Positions 29,901 through 42,780 of a stretch of 64,000 nucleotides of DNA are shown here, in pieces. The notes under the pieces are model-generated. The model did no database searches, had not been told where the DNA came from, and worked only from the letters and a program-made list of their open reading frames with translations. Location: assembly GCA_041695225.1 (NCBI GenBank), contig JBGFRI010000014.1, forward strand, positions 1 through 64,000, written 5' to 3'. The translations under genes and the position numbers were made by a program. The first letter of the stretch is position 1; every line of letters begins with the position of its first letter. The DNA comes from Deinococcota bacterium. GTDB lineage: Bacteria > Deinococcota > Deinococci > Deinococcales > Thermaceae.

Positions 29901-31496
29901 CTAGCCTCCCAGCAGCCTTTCCCAGTCGGTCGGGGCCTTGGGCTGGCTGTAGTCGGTGTCCATCTGGGCGAGCTGAAGCCTGCCCGAGTACTCCTCGTTA
30001 ACTGCCTGCCAGTAGGTGTACTCCTCAATCACCCAGATACCGCTCTCCCGTGCTCCATTGCCGCTGCCCCGGATACCCCCAAAAGGCAGATGGGCTTCGG
30101 CGCCCACGGTGGAGTTGTTGATACTGGTCATACCGGCCCTGATCTGGTTTTTGAAACGATAGGCCCAGTCGCGGCGGTTGGTATAGACCGCACTGGAAAG
30201 GCCGTAAGGGTGGGCATTGGCAGCCTGAATGGCCTCATCTATGCCGTCTACGCGCAGCAGATTGATGGTTGGACCAAAAATTTCCTGCTCAAACTGCTTC
30301 ATGCCGGGCCGGGCCTCCCAGACCGCAGGCCAGCCAAAGATACCTGCATCGGGGTCGCCAAAAAACCGGGGGTAGGGGTTGGAGCCAGTGATACGGGCCT
30401 TGCCAAACAGCAGCAGGGCTCCATCGGTGCGGCCCCAGGAAAAGTGTTCGATCCAGCGCTGGAACAAGCGTTCGTTTATGAAGGGGCCATAGGTCAGGCC
30501 GCTGGGGTTTTCGATGGGGTTGCCCACCACAGTAGACTCGGTTTTTTCCAGGAAGCGCCGTTTGAACTCGTCGTAGAGGGGGGCATCCACGATTACATTA
30601 CCGGCGCTGGTGCAGCGCTGGCCGCCGGTGGCAAATGCACTCCACCAGGCCCCTTCCACCGCTAAATCCAGGTCGGCATCGCGCAACACCACCAGGGGGT
30701 TTTTGCCCCCGAGCTCGAGGGTAGGTCGAAGCAGATTGCGCCCCGCCACCTCGCCAATCCAGCGGCCCACCGGGGTGCTGCCAGTGAAGGCAAATTTGTT
30801 CAAAAGCCCCTGGTCCATCAGCTCTACCAGCCACTGTCCGCTGGAGTCCTTCCCCCCGCCGAAGACCAGATTAATCACCCCAGGGGGCAGCCCAGCTTCT
30901 TCGAACAGCTTGACAAACACATAAGAAAGCGCCGGAGAGTCGTCGGAGGGTTTCCAGACCACGGTGTTGCCGGTCAGGATGGCCGGAATCAGCTTCCAGG
31001 AGGGCACTGCAATGGGGAAATTGCCCGCCGTAATCACCCCCACCACTCCGATGGGGCGGCGGAAGGTGAAGAGTTCTTTGTTCTTCATCTCACTGGGCAC
31101 GGTCTGGCCGTAAAGCCGGCGCCCTTCCGAAGCAAAAAAGACTGCGGTGTCTATGGCCTCCTGCACGTCACCGCCAGCTTCTTTAAAGGTCTTGCCCACC
31201 TCGCGCACCATCAGCCGCACCAGGGCGTTTTTTTCACGGGTCATGACCGCGGCCAGGTTCATCAGCACACCCCCGCGAACAGGTGCGGGTGTTTGCGACC
31301 AGTCCTGGAAGGCTTTTTGGGCAACCTGCGCGGCTTTTTGCAGGGTTTCTCTCGAGGCCTCGGGAAAACGCGCAACCAGGTCGGCGTGGTTGGCGGGGTT
31401 GTGCCGCTTTAGCGGCTTGCCATCAAAAACTTCCTCGCCGCCGATCAGGTGGCCAATTTCGAGCGCACTGCCGTACTTGCTTTTGTAGGTATGCAT
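29901..31496 (-). CDS. NAD-dependent aldehyde dehydrogenase
   Basis: FTGST, LELGGKNP, GQRCT and EIFGP motifs. Confidence 0.92.
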   Translation of the reverse strand: MHTYKSKYGSALEIGHLIGGEEVFDGKPLKRHNPANHADLVARFPEASRETLQKAAQVAQKAFQDWSQTPAPVRGGVLMNLAAVMTREKNALVRLMVREVGKTFKEAGGDVQEAIDTAVFFASEGRRLYGQTVPSEMKNKELFTFRRPIGVVGVITAGNFPIAVPSWKLIPAILTGNTVVWKPSDDSPALSYVFVKLFEEAGLPPGVINLVFGGGKDSSGQWLVELMDQGLLNKFAFTGSTPVGRWIGEVAGRNLLRPTLELGGKNPLVVLRDADLDLAVEGAWWSAFATGGQRCTSAGNVIVDAPLYDEFKRRFLEKTESTVVGNPIENPSGLTYGPFINERLFQRWIEHFSWGRTDGALLLFGKARITGSNPYPRFFGDPDAGIFGWPAVWEARPGMKQFEQEIFGPTINLLRVDGIDEAIQAANAHPYGLSSAVYTNRRDWAYRFKNQIRAGMTSINNSTVGAEAHLPFGGIRGSGNGARESGIWVIEEYTYWQAVNEEYSGRLQLAQMDTDYSQPKAPTDWERLLGG

Positions 31497-31499
31497 CTC

Positions 31500-32030
<531 letters not shown>

Positions 32031-32055
32031 CTACCTGCCGGGCGTCAAACCACCG

Positions 32056-32160
32056 AGGTTACGGCTTTGCCGGAATCGCGTAAGCGACTCGCCTAAGCCA
32101 GCCCTAGTCACCAGTCTGTCTAGGTTACGGCTTTGCCGGAATCGCGTAAGCGACTCGCCT
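32056..32160 (-). repeat. Two identical 39-bp direct repeats (32056-32094 and 32122-32160)
   Basis: aggttacggctttgccggaatcgcgtaagcgactcgcct twice; further copies at 36635 and 51197. Confidence 0.92.
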
Positions 32161-32692
32161 GGGGTACTTCGTCTGCGGTGGCCTCGATAATGGTCAGGGT
32201 ATTGGAGCCATACTCCCGGCGCTCACCCAGCGGCAGGGCCAGGCCAGTAGGGTGCTGCAAAATATACAGGCCGCCAGGTACAACTATCTGCGCCCCAAGC
32301 AGCCGCTGGAAATCCTGACACAGGTCGTGGGGATAAGGCGGCGCCATAAAGGCCACCGTAAAGCGTAAGCCCCGCCGCTGAGCGTCCAGCAAATAGCGCT
32401 CCGCAGCCATCGCTTCAATCTGAACCTTCAAACGGGCCCTGCTGGCATTTTCGCGCAGGCACTGGATGGCCTGGCGGTCTTTCTCCACCATGACAGTTGT
32501 AAAACCCTCCGAGGCGGCCTCCAGCCCAATCGCACCACTCCCGGCATACAGGTCGAGAAAACTCCCCCGGTGCAGAAAGCGAAAGCGCAAAAAGTCGAAC
32601 AGCGCCTTGCGCAGCCTTACCGGGCTGGGCCGCGCCGACCGCGGCACCTTCAGTTCAACGCCCCTGGCAGTTCCACCCAGTATTCGCAGCAT
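32120..32692 (-). CDS. rsmD: 16S rRNA m2G966 methyltransferase family
   Basis: RILGG.ARG, FLDLYAGSGAIGLEA and PPY motifs; upstream of coaD. Confidence 0.88.
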   Translation of the reverse strand: MLRILGGTARGVELKVPRSARPSPVRLRKALFDFLRFRFLHRGSFLDLYAGSGAIGLEAASEGFTTVMVEKDRQAIQCLRENASRARLKVQIEAMAAERYLLDAQRRGLRFTVAFMAPPYPHDLCQDFQRLLGAQIVVPGGLYILQHPTGLALPLGERREYGSNTLTIIEATADEVPQASRLRDSGKAVT

Positions 32693-32890
32693 CCTTGGGA
32701 TCCCTATCCCGTAACCCAGTCTGGAAACTACATCATATCTGCACAGACCGCGAACCTAACCTAACTGGCCTCATCGGTAATGTCAGCCACACAGCAGACC
32801 ACTCTGCATAACATCATGCTGCCAAGGGCTTTCCAGGCTGTGATATTACCAGAAAAACCGCCAGTTACGTGCAGGCAACTCCAGCCCATG

Positions 32891-33265
32891 TTAGCGGGGC
32901 CTGGGAACCAGGGTGGGAATTTGCGCCACTCGAGGGTTTCTGAACCACAGCTCACAGCGACGGACCGAGTTAAAACTTGTTCGCACCCGCACTTCAAAAG
33001 AGGCCACTTTTCCAGGGGTCAGTCTACGATCAAGCAACGCCGCGCTGTTGCTGACCATGCGCAGCCCTGGCCCAACTACCCGCACACTGGCGCGCAAGTC
33101 GCTCAATGGGCGCGAGCTGATGTTCTTGACCACCCCTTGCACCAGTACCCCATTAGGAAACGATTTACAACTCCAGGACACAACCCGCAGCCGATAAGCG
33201 CCTGACTGGCCCATCACCATACCGCCGACGGTTAGCAGCAGAAGTAAAACTAGCAAGCGCTTCAT
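32891..33265 (-). CDS. Exported protein (FxLYD-like)
   Basis: Signal peptide; VQGVVKN...LTPGKVASF. Confidence 0.65.
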   Translation of the reverse strand: MKRLLVLLLLLTVGGMVMGQSGAYRLRVVSWSCKSFPNGVLVQGVVKNISSRPLSDLRASVRVVGPGLRMVSNSAALLDRRLTPGKVASFEVRVRTSFNSVRRCELWFRNPRVAQIPTLVPRPR

Positions 33266-33446
33266 GGCTAAAATCCGGTGAATCTGGCCCGGAGCCGGTG
33301 CAGGCTCAGGTGGGTCTTACCTCCCAACTGCGAGTGCAGTCTATAGCAAAACTGAGTTTCACAAGCAGTTATTTGAAGCCTGTGAGAAGAACTCCGGTTT
33401 TTGCCGAGCAGGTTTTGCCTGCGACCAGGTAGGCTTGGCAGCTTCA

Positions 33447-33611
33447 GAATGTCTCATGTCGCGAGTCTCAAGTCTCAAGTCATGCGACCTGCGACATTCA
33501 ATGAGTCGATAGTCAATAGTCCATAGCCGATAGCTTTTGACCCTCGACCCTCGACCCTCAACTAGCTTTTGACCCTCGACCTGCGACCTACGGCTTGCGA
33601 CCTGAGACATC
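33447..33611. repeat. Compound heptamer array
   Basis: gaatgtc tcatgtc gcgagtc ... gacattc aatgagtc gatagtc ... gaccctc x3 ... gacctga gacatc. Confidence 0.9.
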
Positions 33612-33676
33612 ACCTTTGTGTCATGGCTACACTTGACAAACAGCTAGGCCCTCGTTCGTATACTTAGCCGTATGTG

Positions 33677-33808
33677 TAGGACAATAGCATGACCGAAAAT
33701 GAAAGGGTCTACTCCATGCGTAAGACAATAGCATCGCCGAAAATGAAAGGGCCTACTCCATGCGTAGGACAATAGCATGAGCAAAAATGAAAGGGCCTAC
33801 TTCATGCC
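33677..33808 (+). repeat. 3 x 44-bp tandem repeat covering the topA translation start
   Basis: taggacaatagcatgaccgaaaatgaaagggtctactccatgcg units at 33677, 33721 and 33765. Confidence 0.93.
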
Positions 33809-36605
33809 AGATTCAACCTTAATTGTTGTGGAATCACCCGCCAAAGCCAAAAGCCTTCAGAAAATGCTGGGGGCGGGGTACGAGGTACGGGCCAGCAAAG
33901 GCCATGTGGCCGACCTACCCGAGCGCGACCTGGGCGTGGATATCCAAGCAGATTTTGCGCCACAGTATGAGGTAAAAAAAGAAAAGCAGCCGGTGGTGGA
34001 TGGCCTCAAGAAAGCTGCTCGGGGTAAGCGCGTGCTGATTGCTACCGACCCCGACCGCGAGGGTGAGGCGATTGGCTGGCATGTGGCCAGGCTGCTGGGG
34101 CTCAACCTGCAAAACCCTTTGCGGGTGGAGTTTCACGAGATTACCCCCCGGGTGGTTCGGGCTGCGGTGCAAAGCCCTCGCCCTATAGACCAGAGCCTGG
34201 TAGACGCCCAGCAAGCCCGAAGGGTGCTGGACCGGCTGGTGGGCTACCAGCTTTCCCCTGTGCTAAGCATGGAGTTCCGCCGCAGAGCCCTGTCGGCTGG
34301 CCGGGTACAGTCGGTTGCACTGCGGCTGCTGGTAGAGCGAGAGCAAGAGATTGAAGTTTTTGTACCGCAGGAGTACTGGACCATTGAGGGACAGTTTGAG
34401 TCGGAGGGCCAGACGTTTAAGGCCATGCTCTACAGCGTGAACCAGGAGCGGCTCCAGACCAGAGAAAAATTCCTCATCACCAACGAAGCCCAGGCCGTGG
34501 AGATCGCCCGCCAGGCCCAGGCTGTCCGGAACTACCGCATCAGCAGTGTTGAGCGCCGCGAGCGCCGCCGCAATGCCGCCGCGCCCTTTACTACCTCCAC
34601 CCTTCAGCAGGCCGCCAGTAGCCGCCTGGGCTGGACCGCCAGCCGTACCATGCGGGTTGCCCAGAGGCTGTATGAGGGGGTGGATCTGCCCGAGGGCACG
34701 GTGGGCCTGATCACCTATATGCGCACCGACTCCACGCGGGTCTCGCAGGAAGCGCTGAGCGAGGTACGCAAGTACATTCCCGGCCATTTTGGACCCGGCT
34801 ACCTGCCCGAAAAACCCAACACCTACCTGGGAAAGAAAGCGGTCGGTACCCAGGACGCCCACGAAGCTATTCGCCCCACCTCGGCCACCCGTACCCCCGA
34901 TTCAGTCAAGAAGCATCTGGAAGACGAAGAGTTCAGGCTCTACCAGCTCATCTGGCAGCGCTTTGTGGCCTCGCAGATGACCCCCGCCGTCTTCGACCAG
35001 ACCACGGTGAGCGTCGCCGGTGGAGCACTGGTCTTCCGGGCGGTGGGGTCGGTACTCAAATTTGATGGGTTTTTGCGGGTATATGGGCGCGAAGAGGGTG
35101 ACGATACCGAGAACCTGCTCCCACCCTTGCGTCAGAACGCTACCGCCGCACTGCTGGGACTAAAGCCCGAGCAGCACTTTACCGAGCCGCCCCCGCGCTA
35201 TACCGATGCCAGCCTGGTAAAAGCACTGGAAGAAATGGGCATCGGGCGGCCCTCGACCTATGCACCCACCATTGATACCTTAGAACGCCGTAGCTACCTC
35301 GAGCGCTCGGGCAAATCGCTCAGGCCCACACCGCTGGGGCGCGAGGTGACAGGTTACCTGGTGCAGAGTTTTCCTGACGTGGTGGCCTATGACTTTACCG
35401 CCCAGCTCGAGACCCGGCTCGACGATATCGAGGCGGGCAAAGCCCCCTGGCCCAAAGTGGTGCGGGAGTTTTACGAGCCCTTTCTCAAGGACTATGCCAA
35501 AGTTCCACAAAAGCTCTGCCCTGTATGCGGACGCCCCATGGAGCTCAGGGTCTCGAGGTTTGGCCAGTTCCTGGGCTGCACCGGCTACCCCGAGTGCAAG
35601 CACACCGAGCGCCTGGAAATCAGAAAAGCACCCGAGTCAATTGGCGAGACCTGTCCACAGTGCAGCCAGGGTCAGCTTGTGCGTCGCCATGGGCGCTACG
35701 GGACCTTCATAAGCTGCAACCGTTACCCCCAGTGTACCTATACCCGAGACGAAGCCCCCTCCACCGGTATTGCCTGTCCCAAATGTCATACGGGTGAGGT
35801 GGTGCAAAAAACCAGCAAGCGCGGCAAGCCGTATTACCGCTGCAACAGCCAGGCCTGCGACTTCCTGGTATTCGATCCGCTGGTACCGGAGAAGTGCGCT
35901 GTTTGCGGCTGGAACGAGATGGCTAAGGGTCGCTCGGGCAGGCGAGCCTGCTCCAACCCCGGTTGCGCGCGCTACGGCGGCCCCGATCTGCAGGCTTTGA
36001 GTGAGCGTCGGGCCGACCGGGGGTCGAAGGGAAAAACAGCCAAGGGTCAGGAGTCTAGGGTCGAGAGCTTTGGCCCTCGACTCTCGACTCTCGACTCTCG
36101 ACCGCCCTCGACCTGGGCCGACCTCGAGCCCTTGATCGCACGGGTGGGCCTGACCGCCGACCAGGCCGAGGTAGCGCGGCGCACCCAGGGGCAGCAAAAG
36201 GCCGTCTCGGCGGTAGCCAGACAGCTCAACCGGCCTGAAGAATCGGTACTGAAGCTTTTCCGCCAGGCCATGTTCAAGCTGCGCATGGAATATGGGAAAA
36301 GCAAAGCCGCCAGCGAGGGCCAGGAATCTCAGGCAAGGGCCAGAGCCAAGGGTAAAGCAACAAAGCCTAAGCCCCGCGAACCTGGCGCAACCTGGGCCGA
36401 CCTCGAGCGCCTTATTGGTCGAGTGGGCCTGACCGCCGAGCAAGCCGAAATTGTCCGCCGCAGCCAGGGGAAGCAAAAAGCCGTGCCCGAGGTTGCCAGA
36501 GCACTGGGCAAAACCGAGGACGAGACCCTCAGGCTCTTCCGTCAGGCCATCTTCAAGCTGCGGATGGAGTATGGCCGGGCCCGCAAGGAAGCGGTTGGGG
36601 CTTGA
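33804..36605 (+). CDS. topA: DNA topoisomerase I with zinc ribbons and a duplicated C-terminal HTH-like module
   Basis: IVVESPAKAK, ATDPDREGE, SAGRVQS, LITYMRTDS and GIGRPSTY motifs. Confidence 0.96.
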   Translation: MPDSTLIVVESPAKAKSLQKMLGAGYEVRASKGHVADLPERDLGVDIQADFAPQYEVKKEKQPVVDGLKKAARGKRVLIATDPDREGEAIGWHVARLLGLNLQNPLRVEFHEITPRVVRAAVQSPRPIDQSLVDAQQARRVLDRLVGYQLSPVLSMEFRRRALSAGRVQSVALRLLVEREQEIEVFVPQEYWTIEGQFESEGQTFKAMLYSVNQERLQTREKFLITNEAQAVEIARQAQAVRNYRISSVERRERRRNAAAPFTTSTLQQAASSRLGWTASRTMRVAQRLYEGVDLPEGTVGLITYMRTDSTRVSQEALSEVRKYIPGHFGPGYLPEKPNTYLGKKAVGTQDAHEAIRPTSATRTPDSVKKHLEDEEFRLYQLIWQRFVASQMTPAVFDQTTVSVAGGALVFRAVGSVLKFDGFLRVYGREEGDDTENLLPPLRQNATAALLGLKPEQHFTEPPPRYTDASLVKALEEMGIGRPSTYAPTIDTLERRSYLERSGKSLRPTPLGREVTGYLVQSFPDVVAYDFTAQLETRLDDIEAGKAPWPKVVREFYEPFLKDYAKVPQKLCPVCGRPMELRVSRFGQFLGCTGYPECKHTERLEIRKAPESIGETCPQCSQGQLVRRHGRYGTFISCNRYPQCTYTRDEAPSTGIACPKCHTGEVVQKTSKRGKPYYRCNSQACDFLVFDPLVPEKCAVCGWNEMAKGRSGRRACSNPGCARYGGPDLQALSERRADRGSKGKTAKGQESRVESFGPRLSTLDSRPPSTWADLEPLIARVGLTADQAEVARRTQGQQKAVSAVARQLNRPEESVLKLFRQAMFKLRMEYGKSKAASEGQESQARARAKGKATKPKPREPGATWADLERLIGRVGLTAEQAEIVRRSQGKQKAVPEVARALGKTEDETLRLFRQAIFKLRMEYGRARKEAVGA

Positions 36606-36676
36606 GAACCACCGACTCTCGAAGCCTTTCGCCTAGGCGAGTCGGTTACACGATTCCGGCAAAGCCGTAACCTGGT

Positions 36677-36940
36677 ATGAAACTCCATCTTGTCCGGCTC
36701 GCCAAACGCCAGGGGGAGGCCCGTTTCCCCGGCATTACTGGCTTTTGCTCATATATGCTTTCCGAGCCCGAACAGGTGGACGAGGCCCGTTTGTATGTAC
36801 TGCTGGAGGGCGAACTGGTGATTGACCTGCCCGACAAAAGCTACCTGCACCTGCGTAGAGGCGAGGCGGCTCACCTCGAGGGGCCGCACCTGATCTCCCC
36901 TATTGTCCCCAGCGTGGTCGCTCTGTGGAAGCTGAAGTAG
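36677..36940 (+). CDS. Small cupin-like protein
   Basis: YVLLEGELVI...LRRGEA...H. Confidence 0.7.
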   Translation: MKLHLVRLAKRQGEARFPGITGFCSYMLSEPEQVDEARLYVLLEGELVIDLPDKSYLHLRRGEAAHLEGPHLISPIVPSVVALWKLK

Positions 36941-37260
36941 CGCAGTTGCGAGTGAATTACAGGGTTTTCACACTGACCTATGTGATGACCGTGCCACACC
37001 ATCGCGTGCATCAATCCGCATCCCCGCAACTTTAACCGATGCGCAAGTGCTATTGGACTGTTGCTGGGGCCGCAATACCAGCATCTGGCCCGTCCGGTAA
37101 AGTCGGCAGCAACTCAACTTCCTACGGAAGTCTGTAGTTTGGTGGCAGGAGGGCTTGTACGACCAGTTGTCAGGGCCAAAGCAGCACGACCTGCAAGCAG
37201 AGAATATAGTTTCAGGCTTCACCTCAAGGATGCAGCCGCAAGCAGGCGCATGAGGGCAAC

Positions 37261-37644
37261 TTAGACAACCTGGGGGAGGTTGTACTTGAACAACTTGAGG
37301 GCGTACCCGTTGGGGTCGCGCAGTATGAAGCCGTAAGGTCCCTGCTGATGACGGTAGGTCTGGCGCAGGTCGCGCTCAATCGGCAATAGGTCGGCCAGCT
37401 TTTGGTAGAGTGTATCCACAGCGCCAAAGTCATCTAGCTCTAGCCCCAGGTAGGTGATGGCGCCGGGGTCGGGCGGCGACGTTGCGCGGTCAAAGCGCAG
37501 CACAAAGCCATCGGGAAAGCTGACCCAGACCACCCCACGCTCGTCGTCGCAGCGAACCCCGGGAAGGCCCAGCGTCTGGGCATAAAAATCGCGAGTAGCC
37601 TCCAGAAACTGGGTTTTGAGCGCTATGTGTTGCAGCCTGGGCAT
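37261..37644 (-). CDS. VOC/glyoxalase family protein
   Basis: LQHIAL...FYAQTLG...FILRDPNG. Confidence 0.85.
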   Translation of the reverse strand: MPRLQHIALKTQFLEATRDFYAQTLGLPGVRCDDERGVVWVSFPDGFVLRFDRATSPPDPGAITYLGLELDDFGAVDTLYQKLADLLPIERDLRQTYRHQQGPYGFILRDPNGYALKLFKYNLPQVV

Positions 37645-37680
37645 GGTCCCATTTTAGCAAAAGCGCCCGACGCCAGGTAA

Positions 37681-37740
37681 AAATGTCGCAGGTCTCAAGT
37701 CACAGGTCTTTTTGGCTTGCGACTTGCGACCTGAGACATC
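37681..37740. repeat. Minimal (empty) inverted heptamer array
   Basis: aaatgtc gcaggtc tcaagtc acaggtc ttttt ggcttgc gacttgc gacctga gacatc. Confidence 0.9.
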
Positions 37741-37760
37741 GTAAAAATGGTGCAGGGGTT

Positions 37761-39989
<2,229 letters not shown>

Positions 39990-40037
39990 CTCCCAGTGAA
40001 GGGCTGAAGGCCCGGCGTTGCAGGAACTACAGCAGTA

Positions 40038-41135
40038 TCAACCCTTTTGAGCCAGCAGAACCTTGTGGCTATCCACAGCCAGTGTACGCACAGTGGAAAA
40101 GTGCGCCTTTAGCAAGGGTTCGTAGGGCAAAAAGCGATTTGCCACCAGATAAAAGTTCCCGCCCCTCTCCAGGCGGGCGTAGGCAGCTTCTATAAATGCA
40201 GTGGCGGTTTCTAGCACGACAAGCCCCCCCACGTGGAACGGGGGGTTCGAAATAATAGTAGCGAAACTCTGCCCCGGCGTCAAGGCCTCGTCCACATCGG
40301 AATGAAGTACTCTGGCCGACTGGCCCAAATTCCGCTGTGCGCTCAGAACGCTGGGCCAGTCGTCATCGAGCAGAGTAAGGCTTTCGGCGCGACCTACCAG
40401 TGGACGGCTTAGCGCGCCATAGCCGCTGCCCATATCCAGCACAGTGCCGAGATATTGGGGCAGCTGGCCCAGCAGCATGGCACTGCCCGGATCCAGGCGA
40501 GCCGCGGAAAACACCCCTGGTAGATAAGTAAAATGCAGCACCTGTCCAGCAAACATACAGGAATAGGACTCCCAGACTTCCGGTAACGCGGGGGCGGGCC
40601 TTTCTTTTTCCAGCAATGCCACCCGGGTTGCTCCCTCACGTTCGATCAGCACCCCAAAACCCAGCAGTTCCTGGGCCAGTTTGAAGTACTGCCCAAAGCC
40701 CTTGTCCTTGTTACCTGCAATCCAGAGCCGCCCTCCACTGCGCAGGGACCTGGCTGCCCCGAGCAACGACAGCTCCACATACCGCGTCCCACGGTTGGCC
40801 GGCAGCACCATGGCGATCATGTCTACCGACGCCGGCTCGGTTTCCCAGGGCAGCCCTCGTACCACTCTTACTAAATTTCCGAAACTGGCCTCTAAACAAC
40901 GCAGGGCAGCCCTCGAGGTCTCGATGGCCTGCACCGACAGGCCCTGCCGTTGCAGGGCTTGTACAACCAGGCCAATACCCGGGTTCAGGTCCAGCGCGGT
41001 CTGACCAAAAGGCTTTAGGCAGCGCGCCAACAGCTCGTAGGCAGGGTCGGCCAGGCCCCGTACACCCGGTTTGGTAAACAGCTGCCCCCCTGGAACTGGC
41101 GTTGGCTGCAAAGTGTGGTACTCTCCCAGGGTCAT
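40038..41135 (-). CDS. Class I SAM methyltransferase (RsmC-like)
   Basis: PGVFS..RLDPGS, LDMGSGYG and NPPFH motifs; ATGA overlap with tsaB. Confidence 0.85.
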   Translation of the reverse strand: MTLGEYHTLQPTPVPGGQLFTKPGVRGLADPAYELLARCLKPFGQTALDLNPGIGLVVQALQRQGLSVQAIETSRAALRCLEASFGNLVRVVRGLPWETEPASVDMIAMVLPANRGTRYVELSLLGAARSLRSGGRLWIAGNKDKGFGQYFKLAQELLGFGVLIEREGATRVALLEKERPAPALPEVWESYSCMFAGQVLHFTYLPGVFSAARLDPGSAMLLGQLPQYLGTVLDMGSGYGALSRPLVGRAESLTLLDDDWPSVLSAQRNLGQSARVLHSDVDEALTPGQSFATIISNPPFHVGGLVVLETATAFIEAAYARLERGGNFYLVANRFLPYEPLLKAHFSTVRTLAVDSHKVLLAQKG

Positions 41136-41665
41136 AAATAGACTGACTCGACACCGGTCTGCCCGGCCTGGAGCAGCCGGATGCCCAGATATGCCAAGGC
41201 CATTCCCGAAGGGGGCTGATCTAGCGAAAAAAGGCCGGTGGGTTGCAATTCTGTCAGCCTGCTCCGACGGGGCGGTTCTATTGCCGTTAGCTCCCCGTCC
41301 ACTGAGTGGTAAGACGCGGTGTAGCAAAGACCTTTGCGGGTAGTATGGGCCACACACACCCGGCCCTGGTAACGCAGGGCTACCCCTTCCAGAGTATCCA
41401 CCCCTACTACCGGAAGGCCCAGCCCACGGGCCAGCCCCAGACCCGCAGCAATTCCCACCCGCAGTCCGGTGTAGGAGCCCGGCCCCCGCCCCACAGCAAT
41501 GCCCTGCAGATCTTTTCGACTGACCCCGGTCTGGTGCAAAAAGTGCTCCAGCTCAGCCCACAGCACCTCGGCATGGCGGCGTCCCAGCCGAATGGCCCGT
41601 TCGGCCTGGGGCAGGCCCAAGACCAGATAGGGGGTGGCAGTGTCCAGGGCGAGTACCTGCACCAA
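41132..41665 (-). CDS. tsaB: tRNA t6A biosynthesis protein
   Basis: LALDTAT and GRGPGSYTGLRVG motifs. Confidence 0.92.
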   Translation of the reverse strand: MVQVLALDTATPYLVLGLPQAERAIRLGRRHAEVLWAELEHFLHQTGVSRKDLQGIAVGRGPGSYTGLRVGIAAGLGLARGLGLPVVGVDTLEGVALRYQGRVCVAHTTRKGLCYTASYHSVDGELTAIEPPRRSRLTELQPTGLFSLDQPPSGMALAYLGIRLLQAGQTGVESVYL

Positions 41666-41683
41666 AGGAGTATAGCAGCTAGA

Positions 41684-41798
41684 AATAGCTGATAGCCAAT
41701 AGCCAATAGCTGATAGATATCGGCTATAGACTATCGACTATAGACAATCGACTATAGACTATCGACTATCGACTATCGACTATGGGCTATGGGCTGTC
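41684..41798. repeat. Inverted heptamer array between divergent tsaB and proC
   Basis: aatagct gatagcc aatagcc ... ggctata gactatc gactata ... gactatc x3 gactatg ggctatg. Confidence 0.9.
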
Positions 41799-41830
41799 CC
41801 CACTGCCTGCTTGCTGCTAGACTTGGGGCC

Positions 41831-42613
41831 ATGAAATTGGCCATTCTGGGTGTGGGCAAGATGGGTCAGAGTATTCTGGAGGGCGTTTTGCGGGCGGGGA
41901 TGCTCGAGGCTTCCGAAATCGGGATACTCGACACCCCCGAACGCACCCTCGAGGTGGCCCAGGCTACCGGCGCAAACCCCCTGGGCCTGGAGGATCTGCG
42001 CCGCTGCCAGCGGGTGCTGCTGGGTGTTCAGCCCAAGGACCTCGCTGCCCTCGCGCCCCAGATAGCTCACCCCCATACCGGCTATATCTCCATCATGGCC
42101 GGGGTCTCAACCGCCTTGCTCTCGCGCCGCCTGGGAACCCGGCGGGTGGTGCGCTGCATGCCCAATCTGGCTGCTACCATCGGCAAGAGTTCCACCGCCA
42201 TCACAGCACCCCGCGAGGCCCAGGAAGCCGGTGACCTGGAGTTCGCCCGTACCCTGTTTAAAACGGTAGGGGATGTATATGACCTGCCCGAGCGCCTTTT
42301 CGACGCCTTTACCGGCATGTCGGCCTCGGCCCCCGCCTATTTCGCGGTGGTTGCGGAGGGGCTGGCCGATGGAGGGGTCAAGCAGGGAATCCCCCGGGCC
42401 CAGGCCCTCCAGCTTGCTGCCGATGTGCTGATTGCCACCGGCGAGCTGCTGCGCAAAAAGCACCCTGGAGTGCTAAAAGACGAGGTCAGCAGCCCTGCGG
42501 GAACCACCATCTACGGCCTGGCGGCCCTCGAGGCCCGTGCAGTCCGTGCAGCGCTGGTCGAGGCGGTGGAAGCGGCTACCTTGCGCGGTCACGAGCTGGG
42601 AAGGGAAGACTAG
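41831..42613 (+). CDS. proC: Pyrroline-5-carboxylate reductase
   Basis: LGVGKMG, RCMPN and VSSPAGTTI motifs. Confidence 0.95.
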   Translation: MKLAILGVGKMGQSILEGVLRAGMLEASEIGILDTPERTLEVAQATGANPLGLEDLRRCQRVLLGVQPKDLAALAPQIAHPHTGYISIMAGVSTALLSRRLGTRRVVRCMPNLAATIGKSSTAITAPREAQEAGDLEFARTLFKTVGDVYDLPERLFDAFTGMSASAPAYFAVVAEGLADGGVKQGIPRAQALQLAADVLIATGELLRKKHPGVLKDEVSSPAGTTIYGLAALEARAVRAALVEAVEAATLRGHELGRED

Positions 42614-42780
42614 CCAGATAGGTTACTCGCATAGCGAGTATGCGCTACGCGCACCCCCTGGCAGCAAACCCGGCGGTCAGCTGCCCCGGGCCGGATGCAC
42701 CATCTGGACGGCCAGGCGGAAGTAGTATGGATAGCAATGGCCTAGGTGATGGAATGGTCGAGCATGTGGATGATTAGTCT

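Noticed and set aside
32056..32160. Mini-CRISPR (39-bp repeat, 27-bp spacer, repeat)
   Set aside because: Only two units; other copies are solitary and dispersed; no cas genes or leader. Not fully excluded
33359..33613. Short ORFs across the heptamer arrays (also 8336-8524 and 37683-37886)
   Set aside because: Translation products of the repeats, with no independent coding evidence
33677..33808. CRISPR array
   Set aside because: The units are contiguous tandem repeats with no unique spacers, and there are no cas genes
36941..37260. Possible ncRNA between convergent genes
   Set aside because: No recognisable motif or convincing stems
42621..42655. Double hairpin after proC resembling the 39-nt motif
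   Set aside because: Similar shape but no sequence similarity; may simply be a terminator
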